Below, piece after piece: positions 38,920 to 53,341 of a stretch of 64,000 nucleotides of DNA. The notes under the pieces were generated by a model. The model searched no databases. It was not told where the DNA came from and saw nothing but the letters and a program-made list of their open reading frames with translations. Position numbers and translations under genes: made by a program. Numbering within the stretch: position 1 is the stretch's first letter; each line of letters begins with the position of its first letter. Source of the stretch: the human T2T-CHM13v2.0 reference genome, Homo sapiens; the NCBI RefSeq assembly GCF_009914755.1, contig NC_060935.1, one strand, 5' to 3'.

Positions 38920-41378
38920 TTAAAAAACTGAATAGATCCTCAGTGACCTGTGGAAAGACATTAAATTAATATTAATAAAGTGGAGTTCCAGAAAAGATAA
39001 AGCAGAAAGAATATTTGAGATAAAAATGTCTAATATTGTTCAATATTTGTAAATAATTATAAATTCTCACTTGCAAGGCTCTCAGTGAACAAGGAAAATA
39101 AGCCACTAAAAAAAGAGAAGCTCTTAAAAGTAGCTATAAAAAAAGAAAAATTAGATATAGGATGTGACAGTTAATACGGAGTATCAACTTAATTGGAGTG
39201 AAGGATACAAAGTATTGATCCTGGGTGTGTTTGTGAGGGTGTTACCAGAAGAGATTAACGTTTGAGTCAGTAGGGTGGGGAAGGGAGAGTCACCCTTAAT
39301 ATGGTGGGCACAGTCTAATCAGCTGCCAACGAACACAAAGCTGGCAGAAAAACATGAAAAGGAGAGACAGGCCTAGCCTCCCAGCCTACATCTTTCTCCT
39401 GTGCTGGATGCTTCCTGCCCTCGAACATTGGACTCCAAGTTCTTATGTTTTGGGTTTCATACTGACTCTCCTTTCTCTTCAGCTTGCAGACAGCCTATTG
39501 TGGGACCTTGTGATCATGTAAGTTAATACTTAATAAACTCCTATATTTTCCTGTTAGTTCTGTCCATCTAGAGAACTCTAATACATAGGAAAATATCAGT
39601 AAGAATGATTGACATCACATTAGAAAAAATGCAAGTATTAGAAAATAGACAACATATAAGAAGCAGCAAAAATGTCATCAGCCAAAAATGTCCTTCAAAA
39701 TAAAGTTGAAATGAAGACATTGATAGACAACAAACAGAAGCTAAGAGAATTCATTGCCATCAATTCTGTACTACAAGAAATAACAAAATAAAATCTTCTC
39801 ACAAAAGAAAAATAATACCAGGCAGAAAGTGAAACATAAAAACTAAGTAGTGATGATCTCCAAAATGATAAATATTTGCGTAAATAAATAAAAGGATTTG
39901 TTATAGATCTGATACAATCCCATTAGGAATACCAGCAGATTTTTTGAAAAAACTTACATGCTGATTTTTAAATCTTTGTGGAAATGTAAAGAACCTAATT
40001 TTGAAAAATTAGAGATTAGGCAAACTAATTTTGAAAAATAACATTATTTTGGAACTCTGAAGTCTATTGAAGGTTTGCAACTTCCAGGGTAAGACTTGAG
40101 TGGTAAATTGTGGTTAATTATGGTCAATGTCAGCTCTTCCCACAGTTGCAGCTACCCATCTTCCAACCCCAGTCATGTGGCAGGCAGCTATGCACGTGTT
40201 CCTGGGGTAGCTTGCACACAGCTGTGAGAGACAGGGTGAGTAAAACACATCCTGTTGTTCAGATTTTGGGGATCTGTTCTCTGTTTGCTGATTTTTGCTT
40301 CTGATCAAAGAGATGAGGACACTGAGGTGATAGCTATTATTCTTGTACCTCCTCCTATTGTTACAAATTTAAAGGGCTAGATTTTTCTCCAAGCCCATTT
40401 AATTTTATTTTCCCAAACCCATTTTATGTTCCCCATTTGGAAGCCAGATACTATAGATTAGAACATTCAAAAGCAACTGGATATATGAGGGAAAGCAGAA
40501 AGTGACCATGCAAACCCACGGAAAGGCACAGGCTCATAAGAAAACTGAGAAGACCTTGAGTTTGCACCTCAGGCTGATCCTTGACACAGGGCCATGCTAC
40601 AACAATCAGAAAAGCATAAACAATAAGTAACAAAAAAACAGCTAATCCCAGGGAAGGATAGAATCTTATTTCCAGAGTCAGTACATTATTAGATTCAAAC
40701 TTTGTTTCCCCAAAAATTACAAGGCATACAAAGAAACAGTGAACTGTAACCCAGTCAAACTTAAAACGTGAATGAACACATCAACAAAAACTGACACTGG
40801 AAAAGACCCGACAACAAATCTACTAGTTAAAGACTTAAGAGAACTATTTTACCCAGGCACCAGGCCAGTCTCCTCAAGTACTACAGCAGCAAACCCAACC
40901 ATGTATCACACTAGATAACCTACCCAGAATCTCTGTACAGACTGACAGTTGAGGGCTTTCCCTGCTAGCATCATTCAGTAAAGATTGAAATAAGTGCCTA
41001 CATCTTTAATTGTCAGACACAAATGCATGGCCTCAAGGATCATGAATAAACAAGGAAACATGACACCCCCAAAGAAATAAAATAAAGCACAAGTAGCCAA
41101 TTTTAAATAAATTTGATTTATTTATGCACTGCCTAAGAATTCAGAATAATCACCTTACAAAAGTTCACTAAGCTATAGAGAATATAGATAGACAACTAAA
41201 TGGAATCAGAAAAACAATTCACGAGCAAAAAGAATTTTAACAGAGATGGCAATGATAAAAAACAATCAAACAAATTCTGGAGCAAAAGGACACAATGACT
41301 GTACTAAAACTTTCATAGAGAATTTCAACAGTAGACTTGATCAAGCAAAGGATCAGTGGATTCAAAGACAGGTCACTT
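38920..41378 (+). mobile_element. Mosaic of ancient L1M fragments (ORF1/5' regions)
   Basis: Decayed ORF1-like pieces, e.g. CTCAGTGACCTGTGG, AAGCTAAGAGAATTCATTGCCA, AGGAAACATGACACCCCCAAAG, AACAGTAGACTTGATCAAGC. Confidence 0.6.
39163..39585 (+). mobile_element. MLT2A2-like (HERV-L) solo LTR inside an ancient L1M fragment
   Basis: TGTGACAGTTAATA..GGATACAAAGTATTGATCCTGGGTGTG..AATAAACTC..CTAATACA. Perfect TSD TAGGA (39158-39162, 39586-39590). Confidence 0.92.
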
Positions 41379-41379
41379 A

Positions 41380-44300
41380 TGAAACCTATGGATTATTGGC
41401 ATTCCTAAGAGAAAATGTGAATCACCTGGAAAACATATTTGAGATAATAATTCAAGAAAATTTCCCAAATCCTGTCAGATACAAGAAATCCAGAGAACAC
41501 CTGTAAGAATCTATACAAAATAAATAATCACCAATGCACATAGTCACCAGACTAGCCAAGGTCAAAGCTAAAGAAAAATTCTTAAAGGCAGCTAGAGAAA
41601 AAGGTCTGATTACATACAAAGGGAACACCATCAGCTAACAGAGGACTTCTCAGCAGAAACCTTACAACCCAGGAGATATTTATTGGAGGTCAATTTTTAG
41701 CATTCTTAAAGAGACATTCCAGCCAGGGATTTCATATGCCTTCAAACTAAGCTTCATAAGCAAAGGGTAAATAAAAGCTTTTTTAGACAAGAAAGCACTA
41801 AGGGAATCTGTTACCACTAAACCAACCTAAGGAGATCCTTAAGAGAGTTCTAAACATGGAAATGAAAGAACAGTATCTGCTGCCACAAAAACACACAAGT
41901 ACATAGCTCACACACCCTATAAAGCAATCATATGATAGAAACAATAAAGCCATCAGCCAACAACTTCATGACAGGATCAAAACGTCAAATCTCAATATTA
42001 ATCTTGAATGTAAAGGGTGTAAATATCCCACTTAAAAGGTACAGAGTTGCAAGTTGGATAAAATAAACAAGACCCATTTATCTGTAGTCTTCAAAGGACC
42101 CATCTCACATGTAACAACAACCATAGGTTCAAAGTAAAGAGTTTGAAAAACATCATGCAAATGGAAAATGAAAAAGAGCAAGAATCATTATTCTTACATT
42201 AGATAAAACAGATAGTAAACCAACAGTAGTCATAAAGGACAAAGAAGGGCATTACATGATGCTAAAGAGCACAATTCAACAAGACTTAGCTATCCTAAAT
42301 ATGTATACGTATAACACTTAAACACCCAAAATTCATAGAATGACAATTCCCATGTCTATGAAAAGACTTAGACAGCTACATAATAATAGTAGGGACTTCA
42401 ATACCCAATAACAGTGTTACACAAATCATTGAAGTAGAAAACTAACAAAGATACTCTGGACTTAAATTCAACACTTAACCAACTGAACCTAATGAATATC
42501 TACAGAATACTTCACCTATCAACTACAAAATTCTTCTCATCTGCACGTGAAACATGCTCCAAGATTGACCACATACTCAGCCATAAAGCAAGTCACAGTA
42601 ATTCAAAAAAAATGAAATAATAGTACCCTTGTACTACAGGGAATCAAAATAGAAATCAATACCAAGAAAATTACCAACCCCACACAATTACATGAAAATT
42701 AAGCAACCTATTCCTGATGATTTTGGGGAAAACAATAAAATTAAGACAGAAATCAAAAAAAGTTTTGAAATAAATAGAATCAGAGACACAACATACCAAA
42801 ACATCTGGGATGCAGCAAAAGCAGTATTAAGAGTAAAGTTTATAGTGCTAAATGCTTACATCAAGAAGTTAGAATGATCTCAAATTAATGATATAATATC
42901 ACACCTAGAAGAAGTAGAAAAACAAGAACAAAACAGTTCCAAACTAACAGAAGAAAAGAAATAACTAAAATCAAAGAAAAATGGAATGAAACTGAGACTC
43001 CCCAAAAACCCACAAAGATAATCAAGAAAACCAAAAGTCAGTTCTTTGAAAGGGTAAGCATGATTGATAGACCACTAACTAGATAAAAAAAGAGAGAAGA
43101 TTCAAATAACCACAATCAGAAACTACAAAGGTGACATTATAACTGATCTCACAGAAATAAAAAATATCCTTAGAGGCTACTATAAACACCATTATGCATG
43201 CAAACTAGAAAATATAGAGGCAATGGATACTCCTGGGAACACACAACCTCCCAATATTGAATCAGGAAGAAACTGAAACCCTGAAGAGATGAATATCAAG
43301 TTCCAAAATTGAATCCATAATTTTAAAAACTACCAAACAAACAGCCAGGTTGATTCACAGCTGAATTCTACCACATGTACAAAGAAGTAGTACCAATTCT
43401 ACTGAAACTATCCCAAAAAATTGAGGAGGAAGGACTCCTCTCCTAACTCATTCTGTGGAGCCAGCTTCACTCTAATACCAAAACTTGGCAAAGACACAAC
43501 AATAAAAGAAAACTACAGGCCAACATCTCTGATTAACACAGATGCAAAAATCCTCAACAAACCAAAACCTTAGTAAACTAAATCCAGCAGAACGTCAAAA
43601 ATTAATTTACTACAACCAAGTAGGCTTCATTTCAGGGATGCAAGATTGTTTCAACATATGCAAATCAATGTCATTTGCTGCATATACAGAATTTTTTTAA
43701 ATGTAATAATCTCAATGGACATGAAAAAGGCCTCAGTGAAATTCCATATCCATTCCTGAAAATAATAAGAGTTGTCTGTGACAGACCCACCACCAACATC
43801 ATACTGAATGAGCAAAAGCTGGAAAAACCCCCCTTGAGAAATGGAAAATAACCACCATGCCCATTCTCTCCAGTCCTAATCAACATAGTACTAAAAGTCC
43901 TTGCCAGGTCAATCAGGCAAGAGAAAGAAATGAAAAGCATAAAAATAGAGGGGGAAAAAAAGGCCAATTATCTCTCTTTGCTGACAAGATGATCCTATAC
44001 CTAGAAAACCCTAAAGACTCTGCCAAAATGTTCCTGGAACTTACAAAAGGCTTAGTAAAGTTTCAGGATACAAAATCAATGTTAAAAAATTGGAATTTCT
44101 GTACAACAAAAACGTTCAAGCTGAGAGCCAAGTGAAGAACACAATTCAATTTACAACAGCCACAGAAAAAAATAAAATACATAGGAATACATCTAACCAA
44201 GGAGGTGAATGATCTCTACAAAAAGAGCTACAAAACGCTGCTGAAAAAATGCATAGATGACACAAACAAATGGAAAACATTCCATGCTTATGGATTGGAA

Positions 44301-45535
44301 AAATAAATATCAGTAAAATGGTCATACTTCCAAAAGCGATCTATAGATTAAATATTATTCCTATCAAACTATCATTGTCATTTTTCACATAATTAAAAAA
44401 AAATTCTCAATTGATATGGAGCCAAAAAGGAGCCAAAATAGCTAAGGTAATCCTAAGCAAAAAGAACAAAGCTGGAAGCATCAGGTTACCCAACTTCAAA
44501 CTATACAATAAGGCTAGAGTAAGCAAAACAACACACTACTTTATAAAAACAGACATATGGACAAATACAACAGAAATGAGAAGCCAGAAATAAAGCCATA
44601 CACATATAGCCATCTGATCTTTAACAAAGTCAACAAAAACAAGCAATAGGGAAAGGATTTTCTACTCAATAAATAATAGAAATATTTAATAAATATTATT
44701 AAATAAATGGTGCTCAGATAGTTGGCTAGCCATATGCAGAAGAATGAAACTGGACCCCTATATTTGACCACAGACAAAAATTAACTCAAGATGAATTAAA
44801 GATTTAAATGCAAGACCTGAAATCAAAAATTCAGGAGAAAACCAAGAAAATACATGGACATTGGCCTTGGGAAAGAATTTACGACTAAGTCTTCAAAAGC
44901 AATTGCAACAAAAATGAAAATTCACAAGTGGGAGGACCTAATTAAATTAAGGAGCTTCTGCATAGCAAAAGAAAACTATCAAGAGAATAAACAGGCAACC
45001 TACAAAATGGGAGAAAATATTTGCAAACTACACATCTGACAGAGGTCTAATATCCAGAATCTATAAGGAACTTAAGTAATTCAACAAGCAGAAAATATAG
45101 AACCCCATGAAAAAACAGGCAGGACAGACACTTCTCAAAAGATGACATAAAAGCAGCCACCCAACGTATGAAAAAATGCTCAACATCACTAATTGTCAGA
45201 GAAATATAAACCCAACCACAATAAGATACCATCTCACACCAGTCAGAATGGCTATTATTAAAAAAGTCAAAAAATAACAGATGTTGTAAGGTTGCAAAGA
45301 ACAGGGAAAGCTTACACACTGCTGGTGGGAATGTAAATTAGTTCAGCCATTGTGGAAAGCAGTTTGGAGATTTCTCAAAGAGCTGAAAACAAAACTACCA
45401 TTTGACCCAGCTATCTCATTACTAAGTATACACCCAAAGGAATATAAATCATTCTGCTATAAAGACACATGAACATGTGTGTTCATCACCATACTATTCA
45501 CAATAGCAATGACATGGAATCAAACTAGATGCCCA
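41380..45535 (+). mobile_element. Large L1 (L1PB/L1PA16-17-like) from mid-ORF1 to near the ORF2 end, lacking its 3'UTR
   Basis: LENIFEIIIQENFPN (ORF1), ATGACAGGATCAAAAC (ORF2 start ~41968), [31 protein letters not shown]. Homology stops abruptly at ..CAAACTAGATGCCCA. Confidence 0.9.
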
Positions 45536-45733
45536 AGAAAACGAGAGGTTCCTGTTAACAGGCCCCCATCTCACAAATTCAATCCCAGGTTACCACCCAG
45601 GAACAGGAGAGTCCAGGCTCTACTCCCCAGCAAAGGGCGTGAACTTCCCAAGGCTCCACCCCAGTGTTCACTCCTCCCATTGTGCAGGCTGCTTGGAGGT
45701 TCCGCAGGGAGCCCTCTTTACTTGGCTGTCTCA
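45536..45733 (-). mobile_element. Partial ERV1-class LTR (MER4 group, MER50/MER83-like), one terminus only
   Basis: The minus strand starts TGAGACAGCCAAGTAAAGAGGGCTCCCTGCGGAACCTCC, similar to MER50-type LTR starts. GC content jumps relative to the flanks. Confidence 0.6.
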
Positions 45734-47400
<1,667 letters not shown>

Positions 47401-50400
47401 TGTATACATAAACAGATATATATAGACATAAAAAGTTAACTATTAAATAAAATATTGTTTAATCTGTGGAACCTCAATATATAAACAAATAAAAGCAGAG
47501 CTTCAAATTCTGATATGGGGGTAGGAGTCTTGCATGCCCAATGACATTCCCTTTTACACAGTGCTCCTTAAGAAATCAGGAAAAATCATGAGGACTTGAC
47601 AGAACACAAAATAAAAACCACACTCCACAGTATCTAAGAAACAGTTATAAGAAAATTTAACTATTTTTATTATATTTATCTTCAATACTAATATAATCTA
47701 ATCATAATGTATAACACTTTACTCAATTGAGTAAGTCTCACAAAGACAATGTCGTAAAGATTATTTTTTGGAAAAAAAAAATTTAGAGTGACGTCAAAGG
47801 TCAAATTACCAGCCTGCAGTGTTTTCTCAACAAGTGACATCTGAGCTGCATCGGTCTTGGCATCCAGGAAAAGGCAAGGGTTACTTACAAAGAAGAATAG
47901 ACTTGTGATGGAAAGTCTTTCATTTAAGGGTGAGTGAAACCTGGAACATTTCCTTTCATAATTAAATTATACCAATGTCTGGGCTTCACATTTCATAGAA
48001 AATGTGGTTTTGTGTCTTCTCATTCACTTTGAGTTGAGCAAGAGACACGTTCAACTAAACTTGACATCGGCCCCAGCATGAAGTATGGTGCCAAGGGAAT
48101 TCTTAAGAGATGCAGAAATTCGCCAATGTGGGAAGAACTTGGCTTTCACCTATCTGTTGCCAGAATTGAAAATTCCACTCAAGAGTCAACTCTTTAAACC
48201 TACTGCTGGGGTAAAATAATTGTTCCTTCTTTCCATCAAAATTTATGTATTATTTAGAAAGCATTTGGTTATAAGCAAAGATGATAGTTCAAGTAAATAC
48301 CAACCATGATGGTAATACAGTAAACATACAAATAAATATGTGATTCAAAAATTTAAATATATATTCCCTTTTGAACTCTAGACTATTTTTAAAGTGACAT
48401 ACAACGTTCATCACATCTTCCAATAATTTTCAAGTCATTTGTTGATTTTTAGAAACTGTTGCTGTGACTGACAGAGCTAAGTGATGTCCCTGTTTCGGCC
48501 ATGATTTATTAATATGAATCATATGAACTATTCCAACAACTTTCTCAACTAGTTGATAGTTATTCTGTGACTTACAGTCTCAAAGAGTAGAAAATTTCTA
48601 TAAACTCACCAATACTATTAACTCACAGTAGCTCTGTAAACCTCAGACCAATGTTCTTAGCAGTCCCAGAAGTATGATCAGGGGAAAAGAGATGATTGAG
48701 AGAAAGGGCTCATTGAGAGAGAGCCCCATTCATGGCTGAGTTTGTAGCAGTGGAATAAGCACCATGTGGTCCTGCCCTGTATGGACAAGTGGGTAAACAC
48801 TACCGGCCTACCAATCTTTGGGTTCTAGCCAACTTTCTGTAAGACAGCTTCAGCAATTGAAGTACACCTGTCCTTTACCCAATCAGTATCACTGGAGATT
48901 AACCCAGAGAACAGAAGCAGGGAAGGGAGATGGTGTCTTAAACTGCAATACCTCCTATTCTCCTTCCAGAGTAAACCAGGACCTGTTCAACACAGAACCC
49001 TCTTCCAATCAAGGCAGACATGACCTACAGAGAGAAAATTTTTTTATAGGCTGTGTGTGATTCTCCAAAAGTAGAGTTATTCTGGAAAATTCCAGAACAC
49101 AGTTGTGCTGCTTACCTGGCCAAAGACAAGCACCAGAAAGTGCTGCAATCATTTCATGAACATCCCCATAACAAGGTGACCATTCAACAATAATCATTGC
49201 AACATCCTATGACAATTGTCTTGAACTAATTTCACTGTCATGGTCATTACTGCCAACAGATAAAGAATAATGTCAACATTTTAACAAGTGCCATAGTGAT
49301 TATTTCCTTGAGCTGCTGGGTTGGGAAAGGCTAGCTTTCCTGAGATGTGGAACATCTGCCTGCTACCTACACAAAATAAGGATTCTGTTAAGAAAAAGAA
49401 AGGTGGCAGCTATTGAATGGGATCTGCCACAATTGGATTTCATTTTGTGGATATACTTACAACTATTATTAGTACCACCATTATTAGTATTACTACTACT
49501 AATAGTACCTATATCTTTTATTGAGTAAATACTTCATCAGGCAATTAACTATGCTAAATACTTTGCTTATATTCTCTACTTAGGAAATGATCATAAGAAA
49601 ATTTAACTATTTAATTCACACAAAAATGTTTAGGGGCTTGAAAGGCTAATAAAATTTATATAGTTAGCATTTAATTTCACCTAAGGCCTACATGATTCTA
49701 AGGCCTAAACTACACATTCATGGAATGACCTATATTTCTATACATGGGTAAATTTTAAAAACAGTTCTCCTCACAGTTCAGTCCTGGCATTATTCCTATT
49801 ATTTAATTCCATGCATAAGGATGCTCACTAAAAATGAAAGTAACTCGTTATTCTGCCTTTGCACATAATTGTTTTTAAATTGTGTCAAGAATTGCATTGC
49901 TATTAAGGCCTCTAGATAAAAGAATTTCAACGATGCTATTATAAGATGGCTGTAGCACAGTTCTCTTCCTGAGAGGATTAAATGAAATACTATTTAATGA
50001 AATACTATTTAATGAAATCCTACTACTAATAGGATTAAATGAAATAGTATGAAATGAGCTTTACTCAGCCCAAGGCTTGGCACACAGTACCAATGAGCTT
50101 TGAAGATCACAGGCAGGTAGCCAGACTGTGAAGTTGTAAATTTAGGTTGGTTTGGGGGCTGTTGACAAAAAAATCAAAATATAATATAAATTCCTCCCCT
50201 TGGTCTTCATTTTTTATACCTGTGTTAATACCTCCAGAGACTATTCAACATGCTCTGGCTTTAAATAAATTGAATGAATTTTGAAATATATGTGGCATTA
50301 CCTCATTATTTTAAATAGTTAACATTTTTTCAGCGTTTACTAAATATCAGGTGCTGTGCTAAGCAAGTTAAATGTATTATCTCATTTAATTATCATGATG

Positions 50401-50485
50401 ACCCTAGGAGACAGATATTCATGGGAGTTTTATTAAGTAACAGTAAGTAAAGTAAATGTCTTTTTCTCCCAGTAATTAACACAAC

Positions 50486-50671
50486 AGTCTTACTATATCT
50501 GAGTTCAGAATTATAAAATAGATAAAGCAATCAGACAGGTGGAGATACAAAATATTCTTATTATGTATTAAGCTGAAGTCTTACTATATCTGAGTTCAGA
50601 ATTATAAAATAGATAAAGCAATCAGACAGACAGGTGGAGATACAAAATGTTCTTATTATGTCTTAAGCTGA
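50486..50671. repeat. Tandem duplication, 91 bp + 95 bp
   Basis: Two adjacent copies starting AGTCTTACTATATCTGAG, differing by 2 substitutions and one 4-bp insertion. Confidence 0.97.
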
Positions 50672-50899
50672 TCAAAGAACATGTCTTTGTTTCGGAGCAA
50701 GCCAACCCCACCCAGTCTCAGACAGCACTACACAGCGGCAGTCTCCCAGAGGGTCAGGCCCTTTCAATGACAAGACAACCACCATGTCTGAACACAGGCT
50801 CCCTAAAAAATAGGAAGATCCACAAGGAGAACCTTCTGAAGGCTGAGCAGTGTATGCAGGCCTTGTTCCTTCTTTCATATTCATCGATGAGAAAAGTTG

Positions 50900-51335
50900 C
50901 CTATCTTAGGTCTGGTCCTGTGGAAAGTGACTTTGAGATGAAGATTTACTCATAGTTGGTTTACTGGGGAGTACTTGAGGGATCAGTATCTGTGGGGTTT
51001 GAGGGAAACAGGATTGGACAGAGGTGAAATTGAAATGTCATGCAATTTCAATAAAGGCTTCTGCAGATCCCAAAGGGAGCTCTGGAGCAGGAAGGCCCTG
51101 CACAGTTGTCTTGTGCAGAGGCAAGAGGCCTGGGCCTTTGTATACTTACGTTGACTAGTCATTGGATGCAGGCTGACTTTTGGAGGTCAAATAACTTGCT
51201 CAAGGCGGCTCCCTTCAGTTGCAGGCCCTTCTTGCGTGACAGCTGTGGCCTGTTGGCAGTCAGTAGCCTTGCAGTTAAAGAAATGAATGCCTTGGTCCTA
51301 AAGAGAGGACTTGGGAAAAGCAACACAGAATCTAT
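50900..51335 (-). mobile_element. Ancient ERVL solo LTR (LTR33/LTR16-like)
   Basis: TCTTAGGTCTGGTCC..TTTGAGATGAAGATTTA..GTTTACTGGGGAGT..CAGATCCCAAAGGGAGCTCTGGAGC..AGTCATTGGATGCAGGCTG. Confidence 0.65.
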
Positions 51336-51809
51336 CGGGTGAGAAACCAATAGTGGTTTCCAGTAGAACTTGCTGCATACGGAAATAGAAAACCAGGAAA
51401 AAGGGGATTCTCCGAGAATAGAGATCATGATTATACTCATTTACATATGAATAAAAATTAATGAGAATACCCAGCAAGTGATAAAGGTGGTAATTACAAA
51501 TAGTCTGAACTCACTCTGTTATGTTGCCTTTTTCTGCAGAGCTTGGATAATAAGTAGTTTACAGAAATTATGAGAAAAGCTTAGATTTCCACTGATACAT
51601 GATAAACAATATTACATGAGTTGAAATATTTGGTCTACCGTGAAAATAAAAAAAATTTAGCCAGTAGTAATATGTATATATGCCTATGTCTGAATATTAC
51701 TATCAATTCCCATTTAAATTTGATATCCTACTTATGCTGACTCTGGACAGTTATAGTAATTGTTAGAAAGTTCTCCCTCTGCACAAAATCAAACTCTGCC
51801 TTATAAGTT

Positions 51810-51975
51810 GTGCATACCTTTTATAAATGCTATGTCAGAATGATCCATGAAGCTGTTAATAAAAATGGATGCCCAGGCCCTACCTCAGATCTATAGAAAA
51901 TCAGAGCCTCCTGAATTTGATTTTATAAACTGTTGTTTTCTTCTGGTCCATTCTCCTGGTTAAGAACCAGTGCTC
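51810..51975. mobile_element. MER5-type hAT-Charlie fossil
   Basis: TCAGAATGATCC..GATGCCCAGGCCCTACCTCAGATCTA..TCAGAG..TTAAGAACCAGTGCTCTAG. Confidence 0.65.
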
Positions 51976-53341
51976 TAGTGTGACACATATTTAACTTATT
52001 TTGGAAAACATTAAATAGATGCTTACTGTGTGCATGCAGTACATTAATCTACTTTTACATGTGATACATAAAACTACCCCAATCTAAATTTTCTAGGTCA
52101 GATAAGAATGTTGGTTCAAGCAATACCCCAAAGTTGTGTAGATTCTTCTACATCCTGCGACCACTACCTGAATCCCCTATACTCCAATTTAGATATATAT
52201 TTGCCTTTTAAAAATATATTATATACTACAAAATACTACAGATTTGGTCTAGACTGCGCAAAGTTTGTTCATGTCCACTACCATAAACCTATGGTTCCGA
52301 TGTCTAAAAGAAATATAAAAATGAAAACATCTGAAGTAGCTAAATACAACCTACAACTTCACAACGTACAGCAATCAATCCTCTACTGTTTTTAAATTGG
52401 GAGTCCACAGCCACTCTATTTGATATTGGAAAAAAACTTTAAAACTATTCCATAACTAATTCACAGTCACACTCTAACACATTCTATGCACTTGTAGTGA
52501 TTGCTGTGTAACATGAATGCACACTAACTAGAATGCTCCATGAAGAAGGGAATTTATTCTTTGGTCTCTGACTATGCATCTAGACTATCATCTACAACAG
52601 TGGCCAGCACATAGTTTTTGCTCCTCAAACATTGTCAATTGAAGCAGTGAACATCAGAGTTAGGTATTTGTAGAAAGCAAATTTATGGAATTGATATGAT
52701 TGGCATTGATCTTATGGAGCTAAACTGAATTTCCCAAGTAGAACTTCATTCTACTATCAATTTTCCAGAATCAGATTATTTATATTAATAGCTGTAGAAG
52801 TGGCTTTTTCATCATTTTTACCTGTTCCCAGCATCTGTGAAAGATGAAACAAGCTTTTAACAGTAATACCACAGGAGATCATGGCCACAGAGTACAGGTT
52901 AAGGATAGGAGAACAAACCAGAATTTTGGGATGGGGAGTTAAAATATTTTGAGCAAAAAATGTAAAAGCCACGTAAAACAGCTACGGAAACTGGCAGTTC
53001 ACGGGCAATAAGCAGCCCAGTCTGTTAAGGTGTTTTGTTTTGTTCTCCCCAGTTTTCCTGTGATACTGCACAGTGGTCTTCAAAGCGCAGTCACTAGGTA
53101 GATTCTGTGCCCCACCTTCATGCAGTTAGCTTGGCAATTCTCATCTCACACTGTTCATTTAATCCTGGTCTATAAGTTGAATGTCCCCTGCAGATATCTG
53201 AGCTTGAGTTCTCAACTCTGTGTTATTACCTGCAACCAGGTAATGAAAACTATTTAACCCATATCACACATAGACCTAGACACCAAAATCCATAAATTTT
53301 AAAGGCACAGTAATAGATATGATTATGCATACCAAGCCTTC

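Noticed and set aside
39180-39325. DUX4 sites in the MLT2A LTR
   Set aside because: The candidate sites (TAATTGGAGTGA, CAGTCTAATCA) deviate from the DUX4 consensus.
47880-48615. Several GT(A/G)AGT splice-donor-like motifs on both strands
   Set aside because: No paired acceptor with a credible coding frame. Such hexamers are common by chance; a lncRNA exon cannot be excluded without RNA data.
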